This document shows, in pieces, positions 54,122 through 64,000 of a DNA stretch of 64,000 nucleotides (position 1 is its first letter; the number at the start of each line of letters is the position of its first letter). Both the position numbers and the translations under genes were made by a program. The DNA is taken from positions 18,972,001 through 19,036,000 of the forward strand of contig OZ116712.1 of NCBI GenBank assembly GCA_964199315.1. The letters are read 5' to 3'. This DNA comes from Orbicella franksi. Taxonomy: Eukaryota. The notes below the pieces were generated by a model. That model saw nothing but the letters and a program-made list of their open reading frames with translations. It was not told the DNA's origin and ran no database searches.

Positions 54122-56368
54122 ATGGATATCAAAACGTTGCTCCATAATCTCCGTGAAGAAGTGTCTTGCTCGGTGTGTTCCGATATATTTACCGATCCAA
54201 AACATCTGCCATGCTTACACAGTTTCTGTCTGCACTGCTTGAAACAATGGCATAGGACGAGTCATGGCCGCGACACCATCAGATGCCCAAATTGTCAAGC
54301 CGTTAGCAGAGTACCTGAAAGTGGCGATCTTAAAGATCTTCCAACCACTTTTTATCTGAATGGCTTGATTGATGTGCTGGCAATCAAAGAGTGCAGAAGT
54401 AGTCAAGTAAGATGTGGGAACTGCGAGAAGAAAAGCTCTGCCACTTCTTATTGTTTCCAGTGTTGCATATTTCACTGTCAAGAGTGCGTAACTGCACACA
54501 ACATCATGCGAAGCAATAAAGATCATCGTGTTCTGGCGCTGAAAGACTTTGAAGACAAGGACTATGAGGATGTGCTCAAGCGACCTGTGTTCTGTGCAAA
54601 GCAACGGCACGAGAAAGAAGAGCTAAAGTACTTTTGTAAGAACTGTGAAATGGCGGTCTGCCAAACTTGTGTCACTCTAAGCCACAGTGGTCATGCTTTG
54701 GAGCACATAGAAGACGAAGCTGAAAGACAAAAGATTGAAATGAAATCAATGATTGAAACACAGAAGCGTAATTTACAAGCAAAGCTGACTGCTGTTAGTA
54801 AACTTGATGAAGACTACGCGAAGATCATACAACGAGGCGAAGAGGTGAAGAGGGACGTTCAGAGGACTGTTGACAATTTAATTGCCAATATTGAAGCGAA
54901 GAAACAGACTATTTTTGCAGCGGTGGAAGACCAAACAAAGAAATCACTGGAAAGTCTAACAACCCAGAAGACCGAGATCGAGAATCAAATAGAGGTGATC
55001 AAATCAACGTTGGATAAAGCTGATAAAGTTTTGACGCGAAGTGTAAACGCTGAAGTCGTTCAAGTGAAAAAGTCATTACAAACAATCTTGGAGGGAGTTG
55101 ATCAAACTACTAAGCCAACTGAGCGTGACCTGAAAGATCTTCCCACGTTGGTTTTCGTGCCAAATGTAAAGATGTTGAAGACTGTCAACACCGAAGAAAT
55201 TGGAACACTGAAAATACTGCAGCAAACTGAGGCTAGTCAATCTGTCGTTCAGGGCAAAGGACTCGAAGAAGGAACTGTTGGAGTTGAAGCACAGTTTGTT
55301 CTGACCACTAGAAACGCAGAGGGAGAGCAGTGTTACAATAAACATGACCGTGTAACGGTAGAGATTAGGGACGAAAAAGGACGAGAATGCGCGACGGAAG
55401 TGCGAATAAATGACAATAAGGATGGAAGCTACAAAATCAGCTATTCACCCAAAGATCAAGGCAAATACAAAGTGACAGTAAAGGTAAACGGAGGACACGT
55501 TCTTGATAGTCCTTTTTCTATTGATGTGAAATTATCTCAGTTAAGACCTGCTTTTTCTTTTGGAGAATATGGTTCGTCTGTCGGAATGTTTAAGAATCCC
55601 TGGGGGGTGGCAGTGAATGCCAGGGACGAGATAGCTGTAACTGATTTTGGGAACCACAGAGTTCAAATCTTCAAGAGTGATGGAAAATACTTAAGATCGT
55701 TTGGTCGGGAAGGTAACAAAGCGGGCGAATTTAAGTATCCTTTGGGAATAACGTTTCATACAAATGGAAATATTTTCGTAGCAGACCAGCATAACCATAG
55801 GATCCAGATTTTCAGTGGGGAGGGTGAGTACGTGGGTATGTTTGGTGGGGAAGGAAGCCTTGATAGTCATCTCTCTGATCCTTGTGGTTTATCTGTAGAC
55901 AGTAATGGAAACATCATTGTTGCTGATAAAGGTAACAACATGATTAAGATCTTTTCTCCTGATGGCAAGTTTCTAACGAAGATAGGTGGGCGGGGTTCTT
56001 TTACTTTTCCTGTCCACTGTGTTCAGTGTGATAGATATCTCATAGTGTCAGACTACAGTGAACACTGTATAAAGGTTTTTAATTGTAATGGAGACTTTCA
56101 GTACAAGTTTGGAAAGAAGGGTGGAGGGGACGGGGAGTTAACTTATCCCTGTTGTTTGTCAGTGAACAAGTCAGGCCACCTGATGGTCTGTGATTCAGGT
56201 AATAATAGAATACAAGTATTTCAACTCAGTGGAAAGTTTGTTGGCAAGTTTGGAACAAAGGGCAGTAATTTAGGAGAATTCAATTGCCCACGGTCTGTAG
56301 CAGTTCTCAGTAATGGCCGAATTGTTGTGAGCGACTCGGGTAACCATCGCATCCAGATACTGGAGTGA
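54122..56368 (+). CDS. TRIM71-like: Intronless TRIM-NHL E3 ubiquitin ligase (RING, 2 B-boxes, coiled coil, filamin, 6 NHL repeats; 748 aa)
   Basis: CSVC..LPCLHSFC..CPNC RING; CGNC..CFQC and C..H..CKNC..C..C..H B-boxes; filamin ASQSVVQGKGL; six F..P.G/VAV..D..NHRIQ blades. First ATG at 54122. Confidence 0.95.
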   Translation: MDIKTLLHNLREEVSCSVCSDIFTDPKHLPCLHSFCLHCLKQWHRTSHGRDTIRCPNCQAVSRVPESGDLKDLPTTFYLNGLIDVLAIKECRSSQVRCGNCEKKSSATSYCFQCCIFHCQECVTAHNIMRSNKDHRVLALKDFEDKDYEDVLKRPVFCAKQRHEKEELKYFCKNCEMAVCQTCVTLSHSGHALEHIEDEAERQKIEMKSMIETQKRNLQAKLTAVSKLDEDYAKIIQRGEEVKRDVQRTVDNLIANIEAKKQTIFAAVEDQTKKSLESLTTQKTEIENQIEVIKSTLDKADKVLTRSVNAEVVQVKKSLQTILEGVDQTTKPTERDLKDLPTLVFVPNVKMLKTVNTEEIGTLKILQQTEASQSVVQGKGLEEGTVGVEAQFVLTTRNAEGEQCYNKHDRVTVEIRDEKGRECATEVRINDNKDGSYKISYSPKDQGKYKVTVKVNGGHVLDSPFSIDVKLSQLRPAFSFGEYGSSVGMFKNPWGVAVNARDEIAVTDFGNHRVQIFKSDGKYLRSFGREGNKAGEFKYPLGITFHTNGNIFVADQHNHRIQIFSGEGEYVGMFGGEGSLDSHLSDPCGLSVDSNGNIIVADKGNNMIKIFSPDGKFLTKIGGRGSFTFPVHCVQCDRYLIVSDYSEHCIKVFNCNGDFQYKFGKKGGGDGELTYPCCLSVNKSGHLMVCDSGNNRIQVFQLSGKFVGKFGTKGSNLGEFNCPRSVAVLSNGRIVVSDSGNHRIQILE

Positions 56369-57074
56369 GCACTGTACTTTATGAAAAAAGAGAAACTCCA
56401 GGACATTAATTCAAAATTCAAAATTCAAAATTTATTTTAGTTTTCAGTTTGTTTAATATGTGGAATTATTTTCTGTGATAAAACGTTAGAGATGCAGTGT
56501 TCACCCAATTGCTTGTGGTGTGGCTCTGTATCGGTTGAACTGTTCTATAATTGTTTTGGGGTTAGGTGGGACGGGTGGGTGGGTGACAAAAACAAATTTG
56601 TGTGTCTTGCAGTTGGATGGGAATAATACGTACATCTCTTAAGTTGTATTGTATGAATTATTTTGAAGGACAAGAAAAAAACCTTTTTTTTTTGTTTACT
56701 TTACCAGTGGTTATATTATATAATAGAGTGACTAGCAAAATAAGAAAGTTATAAAACCACTTTATGGATTAATTGTTGTAATAAGAACCTCCACTATAGG
56801 AGAAAAGGCTGTTTAGAGGATTTGCCTTTTCTTAATTTAAAGAAGAAACATTTTGTTTCTCAAATTATTACTATACTCTTTGACATTTAATTGTCTTTAT
56901 GATATTTTTATAGCAAGTTTGTTTTAGGGATTAGCAGGTTATTGACAGTCAGGTATGTACTGGAAAATATGTAGTACAATGAACATTGCTTCAATGAACT
57001 TACCGAGTTACTAATTGCCTTGAAGTTTGTATTTTCCTTATACTCAATAGCAGTATTTGTTACCTGCAGTGCTA

Positions 57075-57252
57075 CAGTTAAACCCCACTTTACGAATGAC
57101 CGCTTAATACGGACGCCTTGAGCCTTATGGAAATTGATTTTAGTTCCTAGCTCCAAGATTTTCTGTTAGCTTGACCAGCTTAAGACTGACACCTGGATTA
57201 TAGGAACACTTAGTGTACTTCTGACGGTGTTTGAGAAAACGGGGTTCGACTG
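57075..57252. mobile_element. Tc1/mariner-type MITE
   Basis: TA|CAGTTAAACCCC...GGGGTTCGACTG|TA. Confidence 0.7.
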
Positions 57253-57424
57253 TATCCCTAGGTTAATATATATATTTTCAAAGTTTGTATTTTTAGCTTT
57301 AGTTTATTGGAACTTTAAGGTTAGCTGCTTTAATGAAGATACGTTTTGTAGAAAGAGCTGTTAGCAATGATGAACAGTAGTGAACAGCTTTTTGTATGAG
57401 ATTATTGTTAAATCATCATTAACT

Positions 57425-59420
57425 TGATGTGAGAAACTGAAATAAAGTGTAAGTTAAGTGAAGTTGTTATATGCATCCAGTTTTAACTGTTTCTTGAGAA
57501 GGGAATTGTTTGGTTTACTTTTGAGAAAAGTTAGCAAGCCAAATGTGAGAACCTGTAACAACAGAACGAGAGCAATATTTCCTCGTTATAAAATAACTGA
57601 GATACTACGCGCGCTCTTATTGGCCGATAGGTGTGTTTAGATGAGAGTATGTAAACTGGGTTGTGACGTTTTAGATTCGCGCTATTTTTGAGAATTATTT
57701 TATAAAGCGAAAGAACGCTTTTTCCGTGTTTACATAACCTCATCTAAACACTCGGGGGGTGAGAGAATTCTCGAAAGTTACGCAAACCCGAGACGTAGTC
57801 GAGGGCTTGCATAACTGTCTCGAATTCTCCGAACCCTCCTCTTGTTAAGATGAGGCCATGTAAACACGGAAAAATTGTTCTATATCTTAAGTACTGAGCA
57901 AACAATTATTTAAACAAAGTTGCTCTTTTACAACTTCGCTTATGAATCTTACAAACATGGTTTTTATTTCCGGCCCATGAACTCGAGTAATAACAGGAAG
58001 CGACGTACAAAAGCGAGAACACGCGCACGGGTCGCCACACGCCAGGAAACGAAAAGAGCGCTGCAAGCCGAAGGCAATTCAATTCCTTCCCCGAACACCC
58101 CTCACACTCGCCCCATATTATTCTTCAAACGCGTGCTATGCAGATAATGAAAACGGAGAAACTAACAAGATGCATAAAATCTTAAAAGTTGTTGTCACTG
58201 ACTTAAAAATCTTAAAATAGACGTTTCGGCTAAAATACTATAACCTTCAGTGATGAAATGAATGTTAATGGCGTCTAAATGTAAATGAGATGTTTATAAG
58301 AATGTGAGGAACTCGCTAGGGATTAATTTAGCATTTTGTAAATGTCTGGAATATGCGCGTGGTCATTAATTGAGTTCGGTTCGCGAATGGAATGCCACGC
58401 TTCCAAGAACAATCTACGCGACCACAAGGGACAGCGGTCTATGACCTTGACATTATTAAAATCAAATTCGTGGTTGTTTTTCATACAGTGTTGCGCCAAA
58501 AGAGAGTTCTTGTCACATGTGAGGACGGCTCTTTTATGTTCTTTTGTTCTAGATCTCAGTGCTCTGGATGTTTGACCGATGTTAAGTTTTTCACAGTTTT
58601 TACAATTGATTTTATACACGACACCAGTTGACAGGTCTTGATCGAATTTATCCTTCGGTTTCTTCAGGATCGAACCAACCGTCTTGACGGGTTTATGAGC
58701 AACATTTACGTCGAATTGTCCTAAAGTTCTTGCAATTTTTTCAGAGATTCCTTGAAAATATGGCAAAGTAACAAAGCCTCTGTGGCTTTGAAGCTGATTA
58801 TTTTGGGGCTGATTTGATGCTTTAGGTGGTTTGGTTCTTTGGCAGCTTTTTAACAAGATGCATGTTCATTGATGAACGGGTCCCTTATCAATGAGCATAA
58901 CATGAGCCTTGGTTTAATTTCTCCCGTTCTTCTGTTCAGTGGCCTTTCCGAGATGGAAAAGTGTATCGTTATAAGAATTGCAGACAAACAGCTTACTACT
59001 AGTAAGCTATAATTAACAGGCCACACGACAAGACACAGAAAGTATATTTGACGGCTAGTGGCTAAAAATAGTGAGGTTTTTGTTTTGAACACCGTAAGCG
59101 AGACCAGAAGCATGGATTCACACCCCTTTGCGAGACGACAAGCATCCATCCCACGCAGATAGGGAGCTAAATTCCAGATTAAACAGTCCGGGAATAAGCA
59201 GTGGGCAGTGACTGTGTGGACAATTGATGGGGAAGCTCCCCCCCCCCCCGCCCCGCCCCGACATTTTACTGTTGTAGTGCCTCTCGTCACACAGAAGTGT
59301 ACCACCATGCACCACACTGTTAGGACAAACTAAGAAACCTGTGTTGGACTAGCAGCCCATCCGGGGGAGGCAGCAATTCCCTTGACTGCTTTATACCACG
59401 CAATTCAGGATAAGTTCTGC
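57425..59420 (+). repeat. Partial extra copy of the TRIM upstream block (52030-53075) with insertions
   Basis: Shared segments such as GATGTGAGAAACTGAAATAAAG, CAACTTCGCT..CTTACAAACATGG and CCACGCAA.TCAGGATAAGTTC. Confidence 0.72.
58176..58850 (-). mobile_element. 5'-truncated Penelope-like element (GIY-YIG endonuclease region)
   Basis: ORF 58323-58856 contains FVTLPYFQGISEKI and GVVYKINCKNCEKLNIGQTSRALRSRTKEH..RRLFLEAW. Flanked by the 13-bp direct repeat TAACAAGATGCAT and absent from the paralogous site near 52485. Confidence 0.9.
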
Positions 59421-59605
59421 TGGGCACGCTTCGACCGAACGGACTGAATATTAAATTCAATTTCTTGTGACTGTGGGTCTAGCGCGTATTACACTTACGC
59501 GCACTAAAACAATGGTTTTCCCCTTTGTTTACTTTGTACTTCATGCGCGCGCTTTTCGTGCGTGCTTACGCGTACAGTTTTTTTGTATGGCGTGGCTAAA
59601 TCCAC

Positions 59606-59638
59606 CTACTGAAGAAGGGCTAAGTCCGAAACGTTTAG
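59606..59638 (+). ncRNA. Minimal type I hammerhead ribozyme motif (PLE-type)
   Basis: CTA-CTGAAGA-A-GGGC(TAA)GTCC-GAA-ACGT-T-TAG: conserved core, stem II, palindromic stem III and GUU cleavage triplet. Confidence 0.6.
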
Positions 59639-60251
59639 TTTCTCAGAACAAATTCGACAATTTTCAGAGCATTTCAGCCTTAAATACAACTTTTCGGCAG
59701 TGTCACACATCCTTTGAGTGTTTTGCTCATTCCTACTGAATTTAAGTTTTCGCGGTCCTGCCTGTTGATGTACTCCGCCCGTTGTATGTTCGATGGCGAA
59801 GTGTTTGTTTTGTTTCGTCTGGTGACTCGGCAGAATTTTGATTATTTTAAAACTGCTTAGATGGTCTGAAGAAGTAAATCTCGAGTATAATCCGCCGCTT
59901 TTCTTTGTGCTAGAAGGGTTTTGGTCTTCGTGTAAAGATTGAAAGTCACACATGGAGTCTTCCACACAGTACACGCTCCATTGCTAGACTTCGTTACGTC
60001 GTCTGCTGATAAACCAAGTTTTTGATGTAGAAATGACTCAAAAAGTTCAACCGAGCCATTCCATTTAAACTGAATTTTAGCATTAACAAATACCGTAAAT
60101 CCTCGAATTAGCACCCGGGGCGCTTATTTCAAATTAGGAGAAGACGGGGGGGGGGGGGGGGGGGCGCTTATTTAATTTTGATGTTCTTTCGTGACTTGGC
60201 GATATAAATCGAACAAAGTTGACTTTGTTTTGGAGCCAAGAAAACGGAATA

Positions 60252-60736
60252 CAGTCGAACCACTCGTAACCAACTATCCAAAATGTCAAGCGTACGTGTC
60301 CTAGGTGGTCGGTTTCGGCAGAATGCCGCTTACGAGAGCTTAGACCATACTTGGTCAAAAGTTTGCCTCAGTAGCATATCTGGTAACTGTATAGACCACA
60401 TGTTTTAAATGTTTTATTCATGTCATCAAAAACTCAATATCGAGAAAAAATCCTGTACTTCCCATTGAAAAAAAAAATCAGTCTCTTGTGCTACCTAGGA
60501 ATTTGCGATAATGTCTTGTTACCAAATCTCCACTCTATTATCTGTCCAATGGTCGATTACGGGAGGCTAAAAAAAAAAAGAAAATTTCAAACTTTGAGCG
60601 TCAAAAGTTGTCGCGATCGCTTACGAGAGGTGGTCGCTTACAAGGGGTTCTAAATATAATGATTTGACTTCAAAACTTTTAGTATTTTAGAAAACTGGTC
60701 ACTTACGAGAGGCGGTCGCAACCGGAGATTCGAGTG
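60252..60736. mobile_element. Tc1/mariner-type MITE
   Basis: TA|CAGTCGAACC...GATTCGAGTG|TA with internal GGTGGTCGCTTACGAGAG repeats. Confidence 0.65.
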
Positions 60737-61099
60737 TATCTGATAAGTCACTTGATCATTTGATTCATGATTACTTACTTTTCAGCTTCCTGTTAACTAC
60801 AGAAGACACACTTCAAAGCAGTTACGTTTCCCTCCAAATAAGATTTCTACAGATCTCTTGCACGCTACTCTTAGCTGGGTCGGCAAGGCGAGTGAGCCTT
60901 ATCTTCATATTCTGCCGGAGGGTTTCTTTTTTTCCGGTTGCGTTAAATTCATAATTGGAGAACTAAACTCTCAAATGGGTCAAATGGAAATTGCCAATTG
61001 GTAAGATGAACTGGCGTAGTTCTTGAAGCGTTTTATGTTCCTCTCTTTTTGGCTGGGTGAGGTGCTCTGCTAGGTTTTCCTTTAGCTAGTAATGTTTCA

Positions 61100-64000
61100 A
61101 TGCTTTTCGTCATCACTATACTCTTCCATTAGACGTAAACGCTAAAAAGAGCCACATATGGGAAAGGCTATATGATGTATACAGCAAGCGAGCAAAAAGC
61201 GTGTGTTGCTTGGATTTTCAACTGAAACACAGAATAACAAAACGCGAGCCAGAACGTTTTTCCCCGGCTTCATGTCGAAACATTTGCTTTAGACTAAGGT
61301 ATTTATGATCTGAATTCTTCTTGAACTCAAATTTTGAGTTGGATCGCCGTTTTTCCGCAATATTTTCCATTTTATGTTGTACTTTTTTGGTCTGCGTAGA
61401 CAATACATAACTTCACGGCCTGTCGGAGCACAATGTACTCCAGTCTCTCCAACCCTCTGTGGTCTTGCAGTTGTTAATTTCTCTCCCTTCGACCAATAGC
61501 ACGTGTTATTATTTCTACCGATAAATTAGGGGTTGACATCGTGTTTCCTTTGACTGGTTCTTCTAGCCAGGGAGGGGAGGTTGTTATGCCGAAACTGAGT
61601 TTGATGTGCTGGGAGCTGTTTGTCGCAATGTCTTTGGTTTCTAAGCACTCAAGTAAGCAGGTAACCAAATTACAGGTCATGTTATACAAAAACTACAAAA
61701 CTCAAAACCACTTCCATCTCTCGATAGCTACTCAAATTCACTGTGGAAGATAAACTTAAGCGTAGCAGGTTAAGAACAATGAGGAATAACACAATACAGT
61801 GTATAAATGTTAGCTTGCTGATAATTGGTCCTGTATATTGTATTGTTAAAGCGACGTGTGTTCTGGTCTTCTTTTGTCACGTATAAGAACCTTCGTCTTC
61901 TAAAAAGTTATCGATTTCTGTCAAGGCTGAATTGCTGATTTAAGAATGAGTATCGTTTCATCTGATCAGTACCGTACGAGGAGCCGTGTCTGTTTCGGTT
62001 TCTCTGTCTTGTCTTCAGTGTTTCAATCAGACATTTCCCTTGTTTTCCTGCCAAAGAATAGAATCGCTTGAACAGTGACGTATGACGGTGCTAGTGCCCT
62101 TGCTTTAGTAAGGTATTCTTGGGACGCCCCTAAGTTGTGTCTATGAGATAAAGCGCTTTCGTTTGCAACGCCTTCGAATGAAGGATTAATAAAGCTAACC
62201 AGATCGTTTGATGCGAGGCTGCTTAATTTTACGTGACATGAGTTTACGTTCTTACTAATTGTCATGGAAGAGTATCTGTCTTCTCCTTATAGCAACAAGA
62301 CAGAAAAAAGGTTGAACGTATCTAGATAATTGCTAGTAGGACGCAACGAGAAACACTACATTGAAAACATTTGTTCCTTCCTCGATCTTTAATTAAAAAT
62401 TCTTCACTGCTGATAAGTTGACCGGTACACAAGACCCTTGTCAGACCAAAAATCGCTTTTCTTTCCATCAATAGAATAACTACACGTCTCATGTATATAA
62501 GCATGAGGCACAGACGGCCAGCAAGCCCCGGTGCGGGGTGGGGGTAAGGGAGGGGTGGTGTTACGGGAGTCCCATACAAAAATGTCGGGGATGCTCGTCG
62601 AAAAATTTGAATAAAAGTTCTAGAGGAGAGCCTGATTCTGGGTGTAACTCTAACTTTATTTTCAATCCCGACAAAATACCAATTAAAACGAAAATCACAG
62701 CGTTAACGTCTTCAGGGTCTTCAAATGCACACTTCGACAGCTAAAACTAATGGGGATTTTGTCCTGAACACCCTATAAGTGAGACCAGAATCATTGATTT
62801 ACACCAGCTTCTTAGCGAGACCACGAGCATCAATCCCCGACTATTTCATTTGGTCGCCTTCTCCCAAGTAGTGAGCTAAACTCCAGATTAAACAGTCCGG
62901 GAATAAGCAGTGGGCAGTCACTTTTCAATAATTGACGGGCAAACCCCTCCTTCCCTCGCCCCCCTCTGACATTTTACTGTTGTAGTGCCTCTTGCCACAC
63001 AGGAGTGTACCACCATGTTAGAAGAACCTAATGAAAGGTTACGAGGGAAGTAATCTGTGTTGGGCTAGCATCCAATCTGAGGGGAGCCGCAATGCTCTTG
63101 GCTGTTTTATACCACGCAAGCCAGGATAAGTTCCAGCAGTGTTGGTCAGTTTGGCTAAAGTGTGACATCACTCCATTGTTAACTTAAAATAGTTCACTAT
63201 TTCAGTGAGGTCAGCTGTTTCAAATCACAGCAGCTCTTAATTCAAACTTGCCACTGATTTTCACCGTCTAAAGAAAAAGATCCATATCAAATTTCTCCTT
63301 ACTTAGTCACAATATTTCTGTAAATAATTTGGAGAGAATTTGGGTTTTAGTCAAACGTTTTCAACTGTGATGGTTGCGTCTTGTATTTCCATAACGTGTC
63401 TTCTTACATTTGCCATAAGATGGTAAGGAGAAATGAGGCTTTCATCACAGGCGCAGGTGAAACAGAAAGATTTTAGAGGATGAATAAGATGCTATTGCCA
63501 TATGAAAATTACAGTCCACCGCGTTACTCGCAGATTATCGCGAGTCTTCGCGAGTCCGTAGAGATTGTAAGTTCAGACCATTGCTTGAAGTTTTGCCTGA
63601 CCAACACACCCTAACAAAATGAGCTGTCCATCTTTTGCGCGTGAACAAAACAAATGAAGTCTACTCAGACAGAAAGGAATTGAAATACAGACTCCAAAGC
63701 ACTAATGTTTTATTCTGATCAATGTGTTAGTGACATCTGATCAACGAGCCCTAAGAGTCACATTAAGAATCAGTATCCAAACCAAAATGACAAAGGCTCT
63801 TGAAGCAACGTTTATTGATTGGTTTCAACAAGGGAAAAGATTAGCATAATTTGGTTTCAAGAAAGGAAAAGATTAGCATAATAAACGTAAACAGCCACGA
63901 TTCAAAGAAGAGCTAAAGAAAAGAAAGTCACAAGACTTCATTGTTTCGAGTTGAGTTCCGCCGAAACCTTGCTTTACTCGGTTGTTGCTGAACACGACAT
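61100..64000 (+). repeat. Segmental duplication: upstream block of TRIM-NHL unit 3; window ends in the AT of the probable start codon
   Basis: Colinear with 5105-8751. Ends ...GCTGAACACGACAT, as in copies 1 and 2 (AACACGAC-ATG-GAT). Confidence 0.82.

Noticed and set aside
58210-58255. Second hammerhead on the minus strand in the Penelope 3' UTR
   Set aside because: Core reads CTGAAGG (apparently lacking 3 nt), so it is probably inactive and is not listed as a feature.
59857-60114. Minus-strand ORF resembling the N-terminus of a LINE ORF1 (FKWNGSVE..FNLYTKTKTLLAQ)
   Set aside because: Similarity from memory only. It is short, with no RT or other supporting element features.

Overview
Eukaryotic (animal) genomic DNA, most likely an anthozoan/scleractinian coral judging by gene and repeat content (inference). 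Host genes: a 3-exon CTHRC1-like collagen gene (3147-4460) and a tandem array of intronless TRIM-NHL (TRIM71/TRIM2/3-like) E3 ligase units, namely a pseudogene at 8752-19152, an intact copy at 54122-56368 and a third copy starting at the window edge. The pseudogene is interrupted by a 6.7-kb Ty3/Gypsy LTR retrotransposon whose pol frame begins with a MYND zinc finger, and by a Helitron-like composite. The dominant feature is an apparently intact 23,029-bp Maverick/Polinton (adintovirus-like endogenous virus, 20049-43077) with 239-bp TIRs (1 mismatch), AGTAGT termini and a CTAGTT target duplication. It encodes pPolB, integrase, packaging ATPase, adenain-like protease, major capsid, two pentons, PLA2 and basic core proteins. 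It also carries unusual cargo: two structurally complete tRNA genes (His-GTG, Met-CAT), three F-box-like paralogues, two RING proteins, a GRF-finger/DEDD nuclease pair, a 35-bp promoter motif present in two identical copies, and stop-start (ATGA) coupled late genes. Further right lie a 5.3-kb TTAA-flanked foldback element with about 2.1-kb inverted arms, a ~175-bp satellite, a Penelope GIY-YIG fragment, a minimal hammerhead ribozyme motif and several MITEs. No database searches could be run, so all novelty statements are unverified.
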